Assembly (NCBI GenBank): GCA_951406725.2 | Contig: OX597823.1 | Coordinates: forward strand, 107,818,001-107,882,000 | Origin: Octopus vulgaris | Lineage: Eukaryota | DNA length: 64,000 nt | Direction of reading: 5' to 3' | Shown here: positions 14,435 through 29,199 of the stretch, in pieces | Numbering within the stretch: the stretch's first letter is position 1 | Layout: every line of letters begins with the position of its first letter | Notes under the pieces: model-generated | What the model saw: the letters and a program-made list of their open reading frames with translations, nothing else | Told to the model about the DNA's origin: nothing | The model's database searches: none | Translations under genes and position numbers: made by a program

Positions 14435-14892
14435 AAAGTCCATCCCCTCCTCACCGTGGCGGGGACGCTGGCAACGGGTAGTGTCAGAGCTATGCCGTCG
14501 GGAACTTCGGTTCCTGGTAGGGCTACCCAAGGCGGATTGGTCTGACATCGAGTGGTATTAGGGCCACAACCCGGCAGACGGAGCTTTGGTGAAAATCCTC
14601 GGAGTGCTTGTTTCGGCAACCGGCAGCTCCTCAGTCGTTCTGTCCCTGCGTCTGCGGACAATCTGCAGCAAACAGGATGTCTGTACATGCGGGATTGTTG
14701 GGGACCGCTTGTGAAATCCATATTCACACGAAACTTCTGCGCCAATGGAACCGTGACTGGCTCGCTATCTCCAGTGATCTGGTGCAGGACCGTCGTGCGT
14801 GGGCTGCCGAGGTTCGAGATGCCTCGTGGGTGGTAGAAGAAGCCGACTCAACCCGCCCAGGGTGAATGTCGCCACAAGTACAAGTAAGTACA
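14435..14892 (+). mobile_element. Short bipartite non-autonomous RTE element (RTE 5'UTR fused to RTE 3' end)
   Basis: 5' part gagctatgccg...ggtagggctacccaaggcgga resembles the conserved RTE/BovB 5'UTR. 3' part encodes WNRDWLAISSDLVQDRRAWAAEVRDA...STRPG* and ends in a caagta repeat tail. Confidence 0.7.
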
Positions 14893-15645
14893 ATCCATAG
14901 TGATAGTAAATCTGGCCGTTTGTAGCGACTGTGCGAGGGTCTAGTCGTGTGCTGTTCGTAGTTAAGTGAATTATGATGCGATGGTATTTCCTTCTTAATA
15001 ACCCGTGTTTACATAGTTTTGAAAGAGACAAGATTCGCATTGTAGAATGCATTTGCGTTCTTTGTTCATTGACATGTGGGGACTTGGTAGCATGGATGCA
15101 TAGTTGAGGAAGATTAGGGAAGAATTAATGGTAATGTCATTTGTGTAAGTGTGAGCCTTGTTGGAAGTGATGTTAAGTAATTTATCAGTATAGAGAAGAA
15201 AAAACGGGGATAAACTGAATGCTAATGCATTGATAGAATGAGTGATTGAAAGAGCTCCGTCAAGATACGACACAATAGCATGATCTTATAGGAAGCTACC
15301 AATCCAAGAGATGTGAGACAGGTGGAGGCCATAGAAAGGCAGTTTCCATAAGAGATTCGCACGGAAGAAACAGTCGAAAGTTCTGCTGACGTCGACGGTT
15401 GATTTCACTGATTTTTACAAACAGATAAGGTCACAAGTGGGTCTGAATTTACGAAAACCGTTTGGGTAGACATTACATCCGTATGTGCATAAATACATAT
15501 ATACATAAACACATACATATAAACACACACATACATGTTTCACATATATGACATACTGACACACGCACACATACAAAACTCACATATCTACGTACATATG
15601 TACAAATGTGCTTGTGAGTGTGTGTGTGTATGTGTGTGTGTATGT

Positions 15646-15683
<38 letters not shown>

Positions 15684-16621
15684 GTGTATGTGTATTTAAG
15701 GCTGGGTAGGACTTTAAACTGCATCCAGTAGTGGGGCCCTGTACGGGAGTTCAATGGATCTGCGAAGTGTGGAACCACGTCTTAGTCACTATTGTCCCCA
15801 CGTCTACTCTGACCCCGAGTGGTAGCACTTGTCAGGGCCCTAGCTATAAGTTAACAAGCATGTAAACCACTGGGAGTGATGGATCCCTAGTTCTTGTTAG
15901 AATATCTTGCTAGGAGAAGGTTAACTAAAATAAAAATCAAAAAAACCTGAAGTGCAGTTTGTCTCTGTTGTGCCTCTGGTTTTATAGCTGATTGCGATGA
16001 AAAGTGTAGTCAGTGTTGTAGAAGAATTCATCCACTCAAAACCGATTCACGCACAGGAATATTTGACACTCTTGGATTGTTGCATGGACTCACAAAGTTT
16101 AGGAAGTGGACTTACTCGGTGACAGGATGACTTCCATCATAAGGCTACGAACTGGTCGTTCCGGCTCTTTGAGCTCTGATTTGAAATGCCACTGATGCCA
16201 ACTTTGTCTTTCACACATTCAATTCGATAAACAAAGTGCCAATCCTTTACTGCAACCAGAACACCTCTTATCGTTGGTTTGGTCTATCAGAGTCAACTTG
16301 GATTCAAACAACGGTTACTAAGAGAGGATCTACATGTTAAAGATTTACGGTTCCATTGAGCAAGAAATCCAAATCCCACTTCTTATAGAATAGAAAAAAT
16401 ATACACATTGGACAATGTAGGCCTTCATAAACAAAAAGACAGGATTGTCACGGCTGGAACTCCTTATCTGAGGTTTGCTCGAGCATGGCTGCCTTGGAGA
16501 AAAAAGTAGAATGCAGAGTAATGAAAATAGAGATTGCAAAAAGGAAAGAAAGAGGAAATAAGATGTAATCATTCTTGTCTATCTAGTGATCAATCTCCCT
16601 TCGTCCTCTCTCGTTCTCGAT

Positions 16622-16683
<62 letters not shown>

Positions 16684-16759
16684 AAACACACACACATACA
16701 CACACACAAACAAACACACACACATACAATAAAAAATTATTAACTATATTTTATTTTTA

Positions 16760-17300
16760 TAAAGGTGATCCAAGTCTTCGATATTGTCAACGGAAATGCG
16801 CTCTGGATTGTTTTCAGAAAAAAACTAATATACTTGATAAAATGCTGCCATCACTTCCTTTTATGCAGGAATGAAAGCGTCTGTTTTAACAATTGGTCTT
16901 CTTTCAGACTCTTTTGACATTTCGAATGGTACGAAACAGAGCTGTTTCATGGCTCAGATCTTTTGGCGCTTTTCTTTTTCAGTCGAGCAGCATCATGCTT
17001 ATGGCGATCTCGATTTAGGCGTACACTTTCGATTCCGTACCAGCGACAGCCTTTTCAATCGCAATCGCTTTAAAGCCAGAACACTTGTCCGAAAGGCAAT
17101 GCTGCGTGACTTCATGTTTGCTGATGACCCTGTAACAGTTGCAAAACCTATTAAAGAGGCACAGAACTTCGTTAGTTGTTTATCAAATGCGAAAAAGCTT
17201 TCGATTTCACCATCAGCATTAGAAAGACCTTAGTCGTCCATCTGTCAAGGGTCATCCCCATTATCAATCAGTTCCTTAATATTCCCATCGTCATCGAAGA
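16760..17300 (+). mobile_element. RTE-clade LINE reverse transcriptase fragment (degenerate)
   Basis: ORF 16871..17233: SDSFDISNGTKQSC, FRFRTSDSLFN, RDFMFADD. Confidence 0.85.
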
Positions 17301-18020
17301 CAAAAACCCGAAATGTGTAAAGACATATTACAAATCAATAAATATATGAATTAGACTAACAGATCAATATATGAGTCAAAATGTTGATTAAAATACTGTT
17401 ACTTTACTCCTCAGTCGAAGATTAGCCCGGTTCAGTAAATTCATTTCCCAAGTGTATTAGTGACATTTAAGTATCGACTGATCACTGACAAGTTTATTGG
17501 TCGGGCCTGGCGCAGTAGAGACCTCAGGCGTTCTTGGGCCCCCAGACCATATCCCTGCTCATTGCTACAGGGGTGGAGATGGCTATCTGCAAGTGCGAGC
17601 TCCGTCGGTCAGAGTGGCTGTTCCAGTGCATCTCCGTCGCCATCCTCCGGATCAATCAATGCCTTTTTTCGTTTTGTCAGCTGGGACTGAAACGGACTGA
17701 CAGGCTTTTTCAGATGTCTTTGCTGCGAGGAAGAGGAAAGATATTAGGATTTAGGCTGGGCCCTTGATCAAAAAGATGAAATATTGCAAATTAGTGACAT
17801 TAACGAAATGAAATATTTGGCAGCAGAGAATCGAAACCGACTTCGTGGTTTGATTTGTTGGAAGTCTTGCTTGATTCAACAGTTTCCGCCTTCTTCAACA
17901 AAAACATAAAACCTGTAAAACAAAACGGAAGAAGTATATTTTCTGGAAGTCATCTTGGATATATATTAACATGCACGTGCGTGCGCAGACACGCAGACGT
18001 ACTAATATGAGGGGAGAGAA

Positions 18021-18372
18021 GGCGGCGAGCTGGCAGACACGTTAGCACGCCGAGCGAAATGCGTAGCCGTATTTCGTCTGCCGTTACGTTCTGAGTTCAA
18101 ATTCTGCCGAGGTCGACTTTGCCTTTCATCCTTTCGGGGTCGATAAATTAAGTACCAGTTACGTACTGGGGCCGATGTTATCGACTTAATCCTTTTGTCT
18201 GTCCTTGTTTGTCCCCTCTGTGTTTAGCCCCTTGTGGGTAGTAAAGAAATAGGTATTTCGTCTGTCGTTACGTTCTGAGTTCAAATTCCGCCGAGGTCGA
18301 CTTTGCCTTTCATCCTTTCGGGGTCGATAAATTAAGTACCAGTTTCACACTGAGGGGGTAGTAAAGAAATAT
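18021..18372 (+). mobile_element. Nin-domain SINE, full unit plus partial tandem second unit, inside one TSD
   Basis: 16-bp TSD atatgaggggagagaa at 18005-18020 and 18373-18388. Confidence 0.9.
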
Positions 18373-20018
18373 ATATGAGGGGAGAGAAAGAGAGTGAGGG
18401 AGAGAGTGAAAGAGAGAGAGATACATTCAAATATACTTCGCGCGTATGTACAAATACACACACACAGTGTTTCCCCACACGAGTGTATACACACAAACAC
18501 ACACACACACACATATCTACAGATACAGGCAACCACTCAATGAGACAAGGAGCCTATACTGTTACGTAAAGATACAAATAGACGTACATCACACGTATAT
18601 CTAAAGCATACTCATACGCACATTAACACTGACAAGCTAACGATAGCGGATATGCTTTAGAAACTTCCGTAATACCACCACCACCACCACCACCACCACC
18701 ACCACCACCACCACTACACCACCACCACTACCACCATACCACCCTCATATCTCTACCACGCCATTACTACCACTATTATTACTACTTTCATTCATCCAAC
18801 TGCCAAATCTACTCTACACCACAACACCCCAACCACACTCCACTAATACACTCACACATCACCGCACACTACAAACCGTTTCCCACCTTCGAATCTATTA
18901 CCACCGCTACCACCACCACCGCTACCACCGCCGCCACCACCACCGCCGCCATTACCGTCATCGCGATTACCGCCGCCACCGTTACGAATCGCTTTTACGC
19001 AAGCGATCTCAAGTGTTTCATTCATACAACCCTCGCGCATGCGCATACGCAAGCCTCACATACTCATCAGCTGTATTTACATTATCTCTCTTGCTTTATC
19101 ATACACACAGTTACTCGCAAGTTTATACGCGCGCGTGTGTGTGTGTGTGCATGTGTGTGTGCGTGCGTAAATATATACATATGTATGATGTATGTATGTA
19201 TAAATATATAAATAAATAAATATAGATATGTAGATATATATATACATATGTATATATGTGTGTATATGTGTGTATATGTATGTATGTTATGTATGTATGT
19301 ATGTATGTATGTATGCATGTATGTATGTGTGTGTGTGTATGTATGTATGTATGTATGTATGTGTGTATGTATGTATGTGTGTATGTTATGTAAGTGTGTG
19401 TATGAATGTGTGTATGTGTGTGTGTATGTATGTATGTATGTTATGTAAGTGTGTGTATGTATGTATGTTATATATGTTATGTATGTGTGTGTATGTATGT
19501 ATGTATGTATGTATGTATGTATGTATGGATGTATATATGGGTGTTATAGTGTTGCACCGTCGTGGTTACTCCTTTCGTAACTCACGGAGCTTCGCATTTG
19601 CCACTCTTTCTGATCAGCTGTGTACAGGCTTGATACTCTGAGTAGCAAAAATCTGAGCATTACAACAAATATTTATAATTTACGTCTGTATTAATTCTTT
19701 TCATCCGAACTCCTTGTTTGTAAATTCCGACACACACATGCGCAGAACATACATACGCACGCGCGCGCAGAGAAAAGAGAGAGAGAGAGAGAGGAAGAGA
19801 GGAAGGAAAGAGAGAGAGAAGAGAGAAAGAGAGAGAATGAGAGAGTGAAAGAGAGTAGAACACCATAAAATTCAGTGTTCCATTCACACACATGCGCGCG
19901 CACGCGCGCACACACACATACACACACATATATATAGTCGTATATTTACAGTGATACGCATGCACAGTGGCACACCTACATACATAACAGCCTCCGGCAG
20001 TGTCTCTTCTACTCTTGT

Positions 20019-20070
<52 letters not shown>

Positions 20071-20097
20071 CTTCGCACATGCACACCCACAAATATA

Positions 20098-20504
20098 TCT
20101 TTTACTTGTTTCACTCATTAGACTGCGGCCATGCTGGGGCACCGCCTCGAAAAATTTTTTAGTCAAATGAATCGACCCAATACTTATTTTTTAAAAGCCT
20201 AGCGCTTATTCTATGAATCCCTGTTTGCCGTACCGCTATGTTACTGTAACATAAACAAACTAACATCAGTTGTCGAGCGGTGGGGTGGGGGTGTGGATAA
20301 GCAAACACAAAGACACACACAAACACACATACGTGTGTGTGTACGATGGGCTTCTTTCAGTTTCCGTCAACCCATTCCACTCATAAGGTTTAGGTTGGAC
20401 CGAGGCTACAGTAGAAGACACCTTCCGAAGGTTCCGCGAAGGGCTGAACTCGGAACCATGTGGTCGAGAAGCAAACTTCTTACCACACAGTCACGCCTGC
20501 GCCT
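20098..20504 (-). mobile_element. Full-length tRNA-derived SINE
   Basis: Reverse complement of the 7251-7624 family. Confidence 0.85.
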
Positions 20505-20989
20505 ATATATATGTGTGGGTGTGTTTGTTCCTTCTCGAGCCATGCCGGACTCATAAGGGCCGGTTTCCCGGTTTCGTTGGCGTATAGGTTCCCTACCCGG
20601 GTGGGACACCGGTCTGTCACACTCCTATACAGTGTTTCAAATTTCATTCCAAATCATATTGAGTCTCACTACTGAAACTACGGCCATCACCAGTTCGCAC
20701 ACTACCACAACATACTAATACTACCACCAGCACAAATACCACACTCTACTACCGCACATCACAGTCTCACTAAACTGTACAACTAACTACAAACTAACAT
20801 CACTGTCACTACCAAACGTTACTATGTCCCCACTCCAACGCACCTCTGTCATTACACCACTTAACTAATTATACCATTGCACACTATCAGTTCAAACTAC
20901 AACATCTCACTACCAATAACTACACTGTAATACTACTAGTAAGCAGTAAGCACAACATACCCGACCATTCCAGCAGGGCTTGTAAGTAA

Positions 20990-21240
20990 CACGGCTAATA
21001 TTTCCACGCTATGTACAACTGAACTCGAGGCGAGAAAAAAACTATCCCTGAATTTTTAGTAGGGTGTATATATCGAAGTATACAAGCGTATTTCAGCTTC
21101 CAGAATGTCGCTAATGATTTTCTAGGTGTAATTTTAACAACGAAGAACACAAAAACGGGGGGAGACCTTCCATTGGCTGTCACAGCTGCCCAAACCATAA
21201 GTGACTGTGGATTTTGATGTCGATTTACAAGTCTACCCTC
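20990..21240 (-). mobile_element. mariner-like transposase fragment
   Basis: HQNPQSLMVWAAVTANGRSPPVFV motif. Confidence 0.7.
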
Positions 21241-21339
21241 GCGTGAGTATGTGTGTACGCATGCGAATCTTTGAGTGATTCTGTGAGTTTACTGATCTAG
21301 TTTGTTGAGGTAGTGTCCAATGGTCTTCACAGGAACTGG

Positions 21340-22140
21340 TGAGATCAACGTGGTGAACATTTTAAACGTCTGGCCTCTTAGAGATAATTAGAGTTTAGCG
21401 TTCCACTGTAGCGATTTAAGCAGACGACTATAGGAAAGATATGTGTTGGGAGGAAATTGCAGAAGGTCGACTTCGAGGATTCTAGGGTGAAGAACTTTAA
21501 AGAGTGGATGGTTTTGTGCCGGGGTAGAGGGCGGACGCAAATTGTCGAATAGGCGGGAAGTAACTGTTGATTTTACGTTCACAAGATCACGTCAGGGGCA
21601 AAGCCCACTGAAGAATCTGTAGAAAAGGCAAATAGAGATTAATCTTGATTTCCAGCTTAACGTGGGGGTTCTGTTAGAACACAGAATCATGCGTTATTTA
21701 CCTTGAGATAATCTCTCTTAAGGATTATGGTGTAAAAAAATGCCCTCGAAATTATATCTTTGACTGACGAGAATCGTCTGCTACGGCCGCCGGAACTACC
21801 AGATCACGTGATTTCACCCTACTGTGGGTTTTTCAGTGACCGATATCCAGCAGAGCAATAACAGCCGTATCTCCCGTCGTTGAAGGACCACATGGAGGGA
21901 CAAATTCTACTCATCTAAAATGGCTTATGCAATTTATTATACAACATATGGGCAGAACAGTTGTTCTCTGGAGTATTATAATTGTCCGGCTGGTTGTGGT
22001 CATACTGTGATTCCCAGCTCATTTGTGTAAAGTGAGTTTCAAGATCAGAAAAAATACGTTTTTTTGACATCACTGTCCATAGCGAACTTAAGATGCAAAC
22101 TTGCCGCTATCCTGTTGAACACCATTAAATACGTTTACGT
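21340..22140 (-). mobile_element. Degenerate Jockey/CR1-type LINE ORF2 C-terminal fragment
   Basis: CLFYRFFSGLC motif typical of LINE ORF2 C-termini; boundaries approximate. Confidence 0.5.
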
Positions 22141-22213
22141 ATTCCATTATTTCTTTGTCCATTTGTTTATCTTTTAGAGAAATCCTCTCATTCATATCCA
22201 GCAATCCAAATTG

Positions 22214-22296
<83 letters not shown>

Positions 22297-22817
22297 CACA
22301 TGTATCAAGAGAAAGAACTCAGTGTGACCAATGACTCATATTTGAACAATACGACAAATAAGGGTATATTAAATACCATACAAGATAAATTCATGATTTA
22401 CTAAAATCATCTCAGCTTTCAGGGAGAGTAGATTAATCACCTGGTGTTAATCGGTGTCAAATCCAAATTAGAAGATAATCTCAAGAGTTAAGAACTCTCC
22501 AACATTGATGTGTCATTTAGAAAACAAGACAGGTTGTATGAGGACAAGAGGACAACCGTGGACACGTGACACTGTCTCTTGTCCTATTTTATTTTCAGCT
22601 GACCAGACACTGATAAAATATTTAAAACAAAAAAAAAAAAAAAAAAAACAGAAAATGAAAACACTTTAATGGCTGAAGAAATTTGCATAAATAAAACGGA
22701 AATGAACCAATAGAAATAACTGTGGCCAGCGGCAAGTTTTTGGACAAGACGAATAACGGTATTATTTAATAACATACAAGATAATGCGCGCGCGCATATA
22801 CTCATACACAAATATGA

Positions 22818-22850
<33 letters not shown>

Positions 22851-23021
22851 GTGAGTGAGAGAGAGAGAGAAAGAGTATGTGTGTGTGTGTGTGTGTGTGT
22901 TTGTGTATAAATCTCCTTTCTGAATCTTCTGAAAACAAACCATTACTCATTAGTACGACAAACAATAGTGTTTTTTGTCTTTAATTCAATTTCACTTCAC
23001 ATCCCATAGTATACTCACCCA

Positions 23022-23067
<46 letters not shown>

Positions 23068-23622
23068 TTTCTCTCTTCATTACATTAACTTATTTTACCA
23101 ACACTACTCCGTGAGGATCCCAGTCCTCTCTCTCTCTCTCTCATCATATTTCTACATCAACGCTTGCCCGAGCACCCTACGTCCGTCACTCCACCCACCA
23201 CAATTAACCCAGTTATATTACCTTAGTGCCCCACATTTTTGGCTAAATTCTATCCTACCTATACAAAGCTGCACAACCCAAGAATTGCACAATACACTCA
23301 TTGATGGTGTACAGTGACGTCTTTACACGCACACACCCGCACACAAACATACACTCGCATAAACACCTATACGCACACGTCCACACATTCGTATATATAT
23401 ATTCACATACTCACTCTCGTACATACATGCGCTCATACATACTCTCTTTTTCTCTCTCACACATACACACACACCCAACATAAAGAAATACATGTATACA
23501 CACTTAAACACAAATACTTGCATTAATGCCAATTGATACACACACGTACTCTACCACTCCCACGTACTCCTAAGTACACAATCTTCCATACAAATATGTA
23601 CTCATAGTCACATAAAACACTA

Positions 23623-23723
<101 letters not shown>

Positions 23724-23741
23724 CATACAAACATACATACA

Positions 23742-23806
<65 letters not shown>

Positions 23807-23903
23807 ATATACACACTCACGCACATACATACATACTCATATGTATAAGCATTTATGTATATGTTTATACATAAACATATTTATGTATCTTCAAACAATA
23901 TAC

Positions 23904-23934
<31 letters not shown>

Positions 23935-24705
23935 CACATACATATACACATGTTGCACATAGGAAATAATCTTCTACACCTCCTCACTCTCTCTTAACCA
24001 TGAACAGTATAGAAATCCAAAGTCACATGACCACAGATCATCTCTGCTGGTGATCTTATACTTATAATATACCCAGCCTTGCAATCTAAAAAAGTGTTTG
24101 GTCTGTAGTCCCAGAAAATAATTCAGCTTCCGACAGCCCACCGCCTACGTTACGCACAAATACTTTCCACCTTTACCACGTGGAGCATATAATAGAATCA
24201 ACTACTGATACAGCTCAGACAAATTCCCAACGTGACCTGAATTGACCAATTGACTTTTGCCATTCCGACTATGACCATCTGAGGATACGGGTGCCTGGAA
24301 AACTAAGTAATGCGGAGCTCAGCCAACTTGTTTTAAAGATATGCGCGTGTGTGAGTAAAGCGGTAAATTACCAAAGCTCTTGGATGTCGGATAGATTATC
24401 TCACATTCTGGGTTCGAATTTAGCCGAAATCAATTTCGCTTTTCATTCTTACAACGTAGATTCTTCTGTCATTCTTTCCTCATCTATTCCTCTCTTTCTC
24501 CCCCCTTTCTCTTCCTATCTTCCTCTCTCACTTACACGCTCACATACTCCTTCGAAGAGATCGTCTCTGCTCAAACACAGAAATGAGTTGTGTCCCGTCA
24601 AGTTTAAAATGCCCAAGAAACAGCGCCTGTTACAAAAGGGCTCCTACGACGCCATCATATCTGTGGGGTATGTGTGTGCCTATGTATTGTATGTATGTAT
24701 GTATG

Positions 24706-24788
<83 letters not shown>

Positions 24789-25030
24789 GAATAAGTCCTG
24801 GGGTTGGCGGTGCTCCAGCATGACCGCAGTCAAACAACTGAACAGTTAAGTGACCGGCCATCAGTAAGAAATAAGAAACGAGGCAAGAAGAAATTCCCAT
24901 TAGTGGTGACTGTTTAAAAAATGTTTTCGTCATGACTTCAGTGATACTAAAAGTTCTATAAGCAATTTCTAATAACTAGTTACCTTCCACCCACCCTAAA
25001 TTAACTACTGCTTAATCATCTTCTCAAACC

Positions 25031-25078
25031 GTCTCCGATGAAGGGATATAATAAATATCCTAGAAACAGCTGTAAGAC
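25031..25078 (+). ncRNA. Minimal type I hammerhead-like motif (CCGAUGA core variant) in a probable Penelope terminal repeat
   Basis: gtct-CCGATGA-a gggatat/atatcct a-GAAA-C agct G-TA-agac. Stems I and II pair and stem III is palindromic (acagctgt). Confidence 0.65.
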
Positions 25079-26019
25079 CTTCTATCTATAAATGTTCTAA
25101 AATCTACACAGCCTTGGGTTTTTATCACATTACGGAAAAAAAAAATTATATACACACGCTGATATATGACCTACGTTGGACCCCTTATTCGCATAATCAT
25201 CGAATCTGGAATTTAACTATCCATACCACTTATTCAGCATTACGTGACACCTTTGGGTCTCACTGACACCATTTCCTCTCATAACCTATATTATACACAT
25301 ACACATATGCTTGTATGTGAGTATATACATATGTTTGTGAGCGCACAAAGGCAGCAAATTTAATAGTTGTACGGGAAACCCGTTTACGCAATGACGTGCG
25401 TATGTGTGTTTGTGACCTTTTGGGTATATAGCGTATTGTACATTCCCAGCTGGGAATACACCATGAACTGGTGTGGTTGAAATGATATCAGTACCGCCGG
25501 TAATAAGACAGTAAATCTCTTTCATTGCTTCTCGCAGTTAATCTTGATAAGGGCAGCGTGTACAGCAAGTTATCACTGGCATCAACTGTCAATATTTCAT
25601 CGTATCAATATACAGACGTGTATACATATAGATATACATGCTCTTACAGATGCACACATTTATATACAAATTGTTGTCGCTTGTATAAATCTCACTGTAC
25701 ACACACCCGCACAAGATACATACACAGATACACACACACACATACACACATACACACATACGCACACACAGGCACACGCACGAACACACACACACGAACA
25801 CACACACACACACACACGCTCGCACACGCGCGCGTACACACACACACGCACACCGAAGATATAGGCATTGGTCTGCATGTGCAAACTGTTATCAACTCTC
25901 TATACACCATCGCATATATGATATACATACATACTTACATGAATAATCGTGCTTCCGGCATACACACACATACACACAGGTGTGTATATACATTCTGACC
26001 TTGACTATATACTTTACAC

Positions 26020-26331
26020 CAGTGCTTCTCAAACTATCCGAAGTGGCGTACCGGCAGTTTTTTTTTGCCCCCAATGTGCCAGGGACCGGTAATATTTCTT
26101 AGCAATATTAATTTATACCGGAAACAATATATATCTAATGAATATAATAAAAGTTGACAATTTTGTTTTATCTTATATTATTTATTTTGTAAACAAATAA
26201 TATGATATTACATAAGCGCTTTATAAACATTTTATAATGTTTCTTTCTTTTCTGAAAACTGGTTGCATACCGGCAGCTGATGGCTCGTGGATGGGCACCG
26301 GTCCGCAGACCACTCTTTTTGAGTAGCACTG
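26020..26331. mobile_element. hAT (Charlie/MER5-like) MITE
   Basis: TIRs cagtgcttctcaaa / tttgagtagcactg; 8-bp TSD ctttacac / ctctacac. Confidence 0.85.
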
Positions 26332-26656
26332 CTCTACACACTGCAGACTGCTACATGCACTCACAAGCACTAAGTACGTAATTGATATGAATCTCCGAAA
26401 TGAGAGACAACGTAACAGAGGACAGGAAAATGTCGAGTGTGCAAACTAGATAGAATAAAAGGTTTAGCGTAATGCTCTCGTACACACTAATCTATTTCAG
26501 ACCACACACATAAAATGATATTGCTTAAGTGAACACTGGATGTATTTTGTTAATTCTATTTTGCCGTCAGCTCAACGAATGAGTGACATCGTAAAACAAA
26601 CACACAAACAGCAGGGTGTGAGAATGTGGAAGAGAGTGGAACAGCATAAATATATG

Positions 26657-26710
<54 letters not shown>

Positions 26711-26769
26711 ATTCACACTCGTGTGTGTGTGTGCTCTAGTCTCGAGAAAGGACTGACACATACGAACAA

Positions 26770-27500
26770 TTAAGGTTCCGAACAACTCTTGGACAATCTT
26801 TGCTGTTAAGGGCTTGTGCTAACCACGTAAACCAAGTTCCCCCTGTCTTTTCCGATCTCTGGTTTTCTGCGATATAGTAAGATTAGGCTCATTCTGCCAT
26901 GACAATCTCGTTCCCCTTCTCCACCTCACCAATCATTCTGCAAATTTACTGAGGAAGCATTTCGCTCTCCATATTTACCTTTTTCTTTAAAACAGCGCTT
27001 GGAAAAGTTGACGTGGGCTCTTTCAGTGTAAAACCCCTATCGTTATTCACGACCATCACAATACCCTTTTCCCTCACTGGAAGAGGAAAATTGCCTCACC
27101 TGCCTAGTCGAAAGAAGTTCACGGGTGATCTTCGTGATGGCCTCCATTGAAGGCTCGATCCCACAAGTGACAGAAGCTGTTCGGCATATTTAATATACAA
27201 CGTTTGGAGAACACTGAACATGGATTTTGAAAACAATTTTGTCATTTCCGACGCATTTTGGATAGGCTTAACAGTTACACTGCCATGCCTGTAGAGTTAA
27301 TCACGGACCAGCAATGCCTCTTCGTATCTGTATCAGGGTAAGGATTCCCAGACATTGATGTTTCTAAGGAGCTAGAAGCATCACTGTTTGGGAATCCTAA
27401 TAGATGGCGATAATGGACAGATATGGTGGTTTTACACCTTTTACCGTAAGAGGAAATTTTCTCCACGGTAACTGCAGTGATTTTGCCTTTCAGCAATTGA
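26770..27500 (-). mobile_element. Highly degenerate LINE ORF1-like fragment
   Basis: Weak similarity (SYGKRCKTTISV) to the ORF1 at 51.3-53 kb. Confidence 0.35.
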
Positions 27501-28978
27501 AATATGTCTTAAACATATTTTAACTAACCCAAATTTTCACGCACACACACACTGAAAAAGAATGGAGAATTATACATCTTCAAACCTTGTTTATTACAGT
27601 ATTCTTCACAGTTCGCATGAAATTCACGTTAGGTTTAATTCCCGACACGTGTTTCTGCTATACATAAATGGCGGAGTCCAAACTGTTCAAGTATCTGGTT
27701 TCCTAATCCCTCTCCGTCTTCCGTTTGTTTCGAAGGCTCTGAAAGCCATCGTGGGTCCTGTCTTCCCTTTTGACTTACATATAAAAAAATTCGAGCGGAC
27801 ATTCCCTTAAATTCTACTACATCCATCCCACAGTCGTCCCCGCTGCTCCCACCACCGCTTCCACTTCCCTTCTCCCAAACCACAGCCTTTCGTAGTCGAC
27901 GACCTCCACCACTTCTAACACCGATCACCAAAACCACTACCAACAACAACAACCTCAAACAATATAGGCTTTCGAACATGACAACCACCGACAGCCACAA
28001 CCAACAATAATAACAAACACCACCACAACCACTACTATGACTACCTCCACCACCACCACCTCCACCTCCACAGCTACCACCATCGCCGCCACCAACACCA
28101 CCAGCAACACCACGGTGCAAACTATCACACTCGCTAATACTACTGTTTCCACCACCAAAACACCACCACTGCTACCACCACTACAATCGCAAAACACCAG
28201 CCCCACCACCATTACCGCCGCCGCCGCCGCCGCCGCCACCACCACCGCCACCACCACAACCACCGCCACCACCACCACCATCACCACCACCACCACCACC
28301 ACCACCACCACCACCACCACCACCACCACCACCACCACCACCACCACCATCACCACCACCACCACCACCACCACCACCACCACCACCATCACCACCACCG
28401 CCGCCACCACCACCACCACCACCATCACCACCACCACCACCACCACCACCACTTAAGTTGGTAACAGAGCTAAAACTGTGATATAATTGTTAAGTAAGAT
28501 GCTAAAAGCTGACAGCTGCTAATTACAATGGATATCGCTCGTGTTTAGGGTATCACCTTACCCGGGTGCATGTGTGTATTCGTGTGTGTATATGTATATG
28601 TGTGTGTGCGTGTGCGTGTATGTGTATGAACGTACGCGCGAGTATGCACACGCACACACACACAAGCAGACAGAGACACGGAGGCTGGCTCTGGTCCTAA
28701 AAGGCAGGTTTACCGCTGTTGTTGATAGTGATGATAATGGCAGTAATTTTAGAGGAGGTGCTAAGTTTTCGGTAGTTGCGTATGGAGTACAGGGTACCGG
28801 GGTGGCTGTGGCTATGTAGTATGTTATATTTTTGGGTGGTGCTAGTTTTGGCAAGCATTAGGGGTAGCGCTGTAGAGTGTGTAAAACATTCAATTCAACA
28901 ACCTCTGTGATTGCGCGTGCGTGTGTATGTATGTATGTTGTGTATGTGTATATACATACACACACATATATATATATA

Positions 28979-29022
<44 letters not shown>

Positions 29023-29054
29023 CGTACATGCATATATATATATGCATTCAAGCA

Positions 29055-29091
<37 letters not shown>

Positions 29092-29199
29092 ACGCATATA
29101 TGTATGTATATGTATATGTATATGTATGTATATGTATATATTTGTGAGAATGTATATCTAGCTAAAACATGGGTGACCTCTTCAGAGGAACTTCTAACC

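Noticed and set aside
17118-17132. CTGATGA motifs inside TE coding remnants (also 40640 and the minus strand at 63040)
   Set aside because: Explained by FADD/FSDE codons or RT context; no ribozyme stems.
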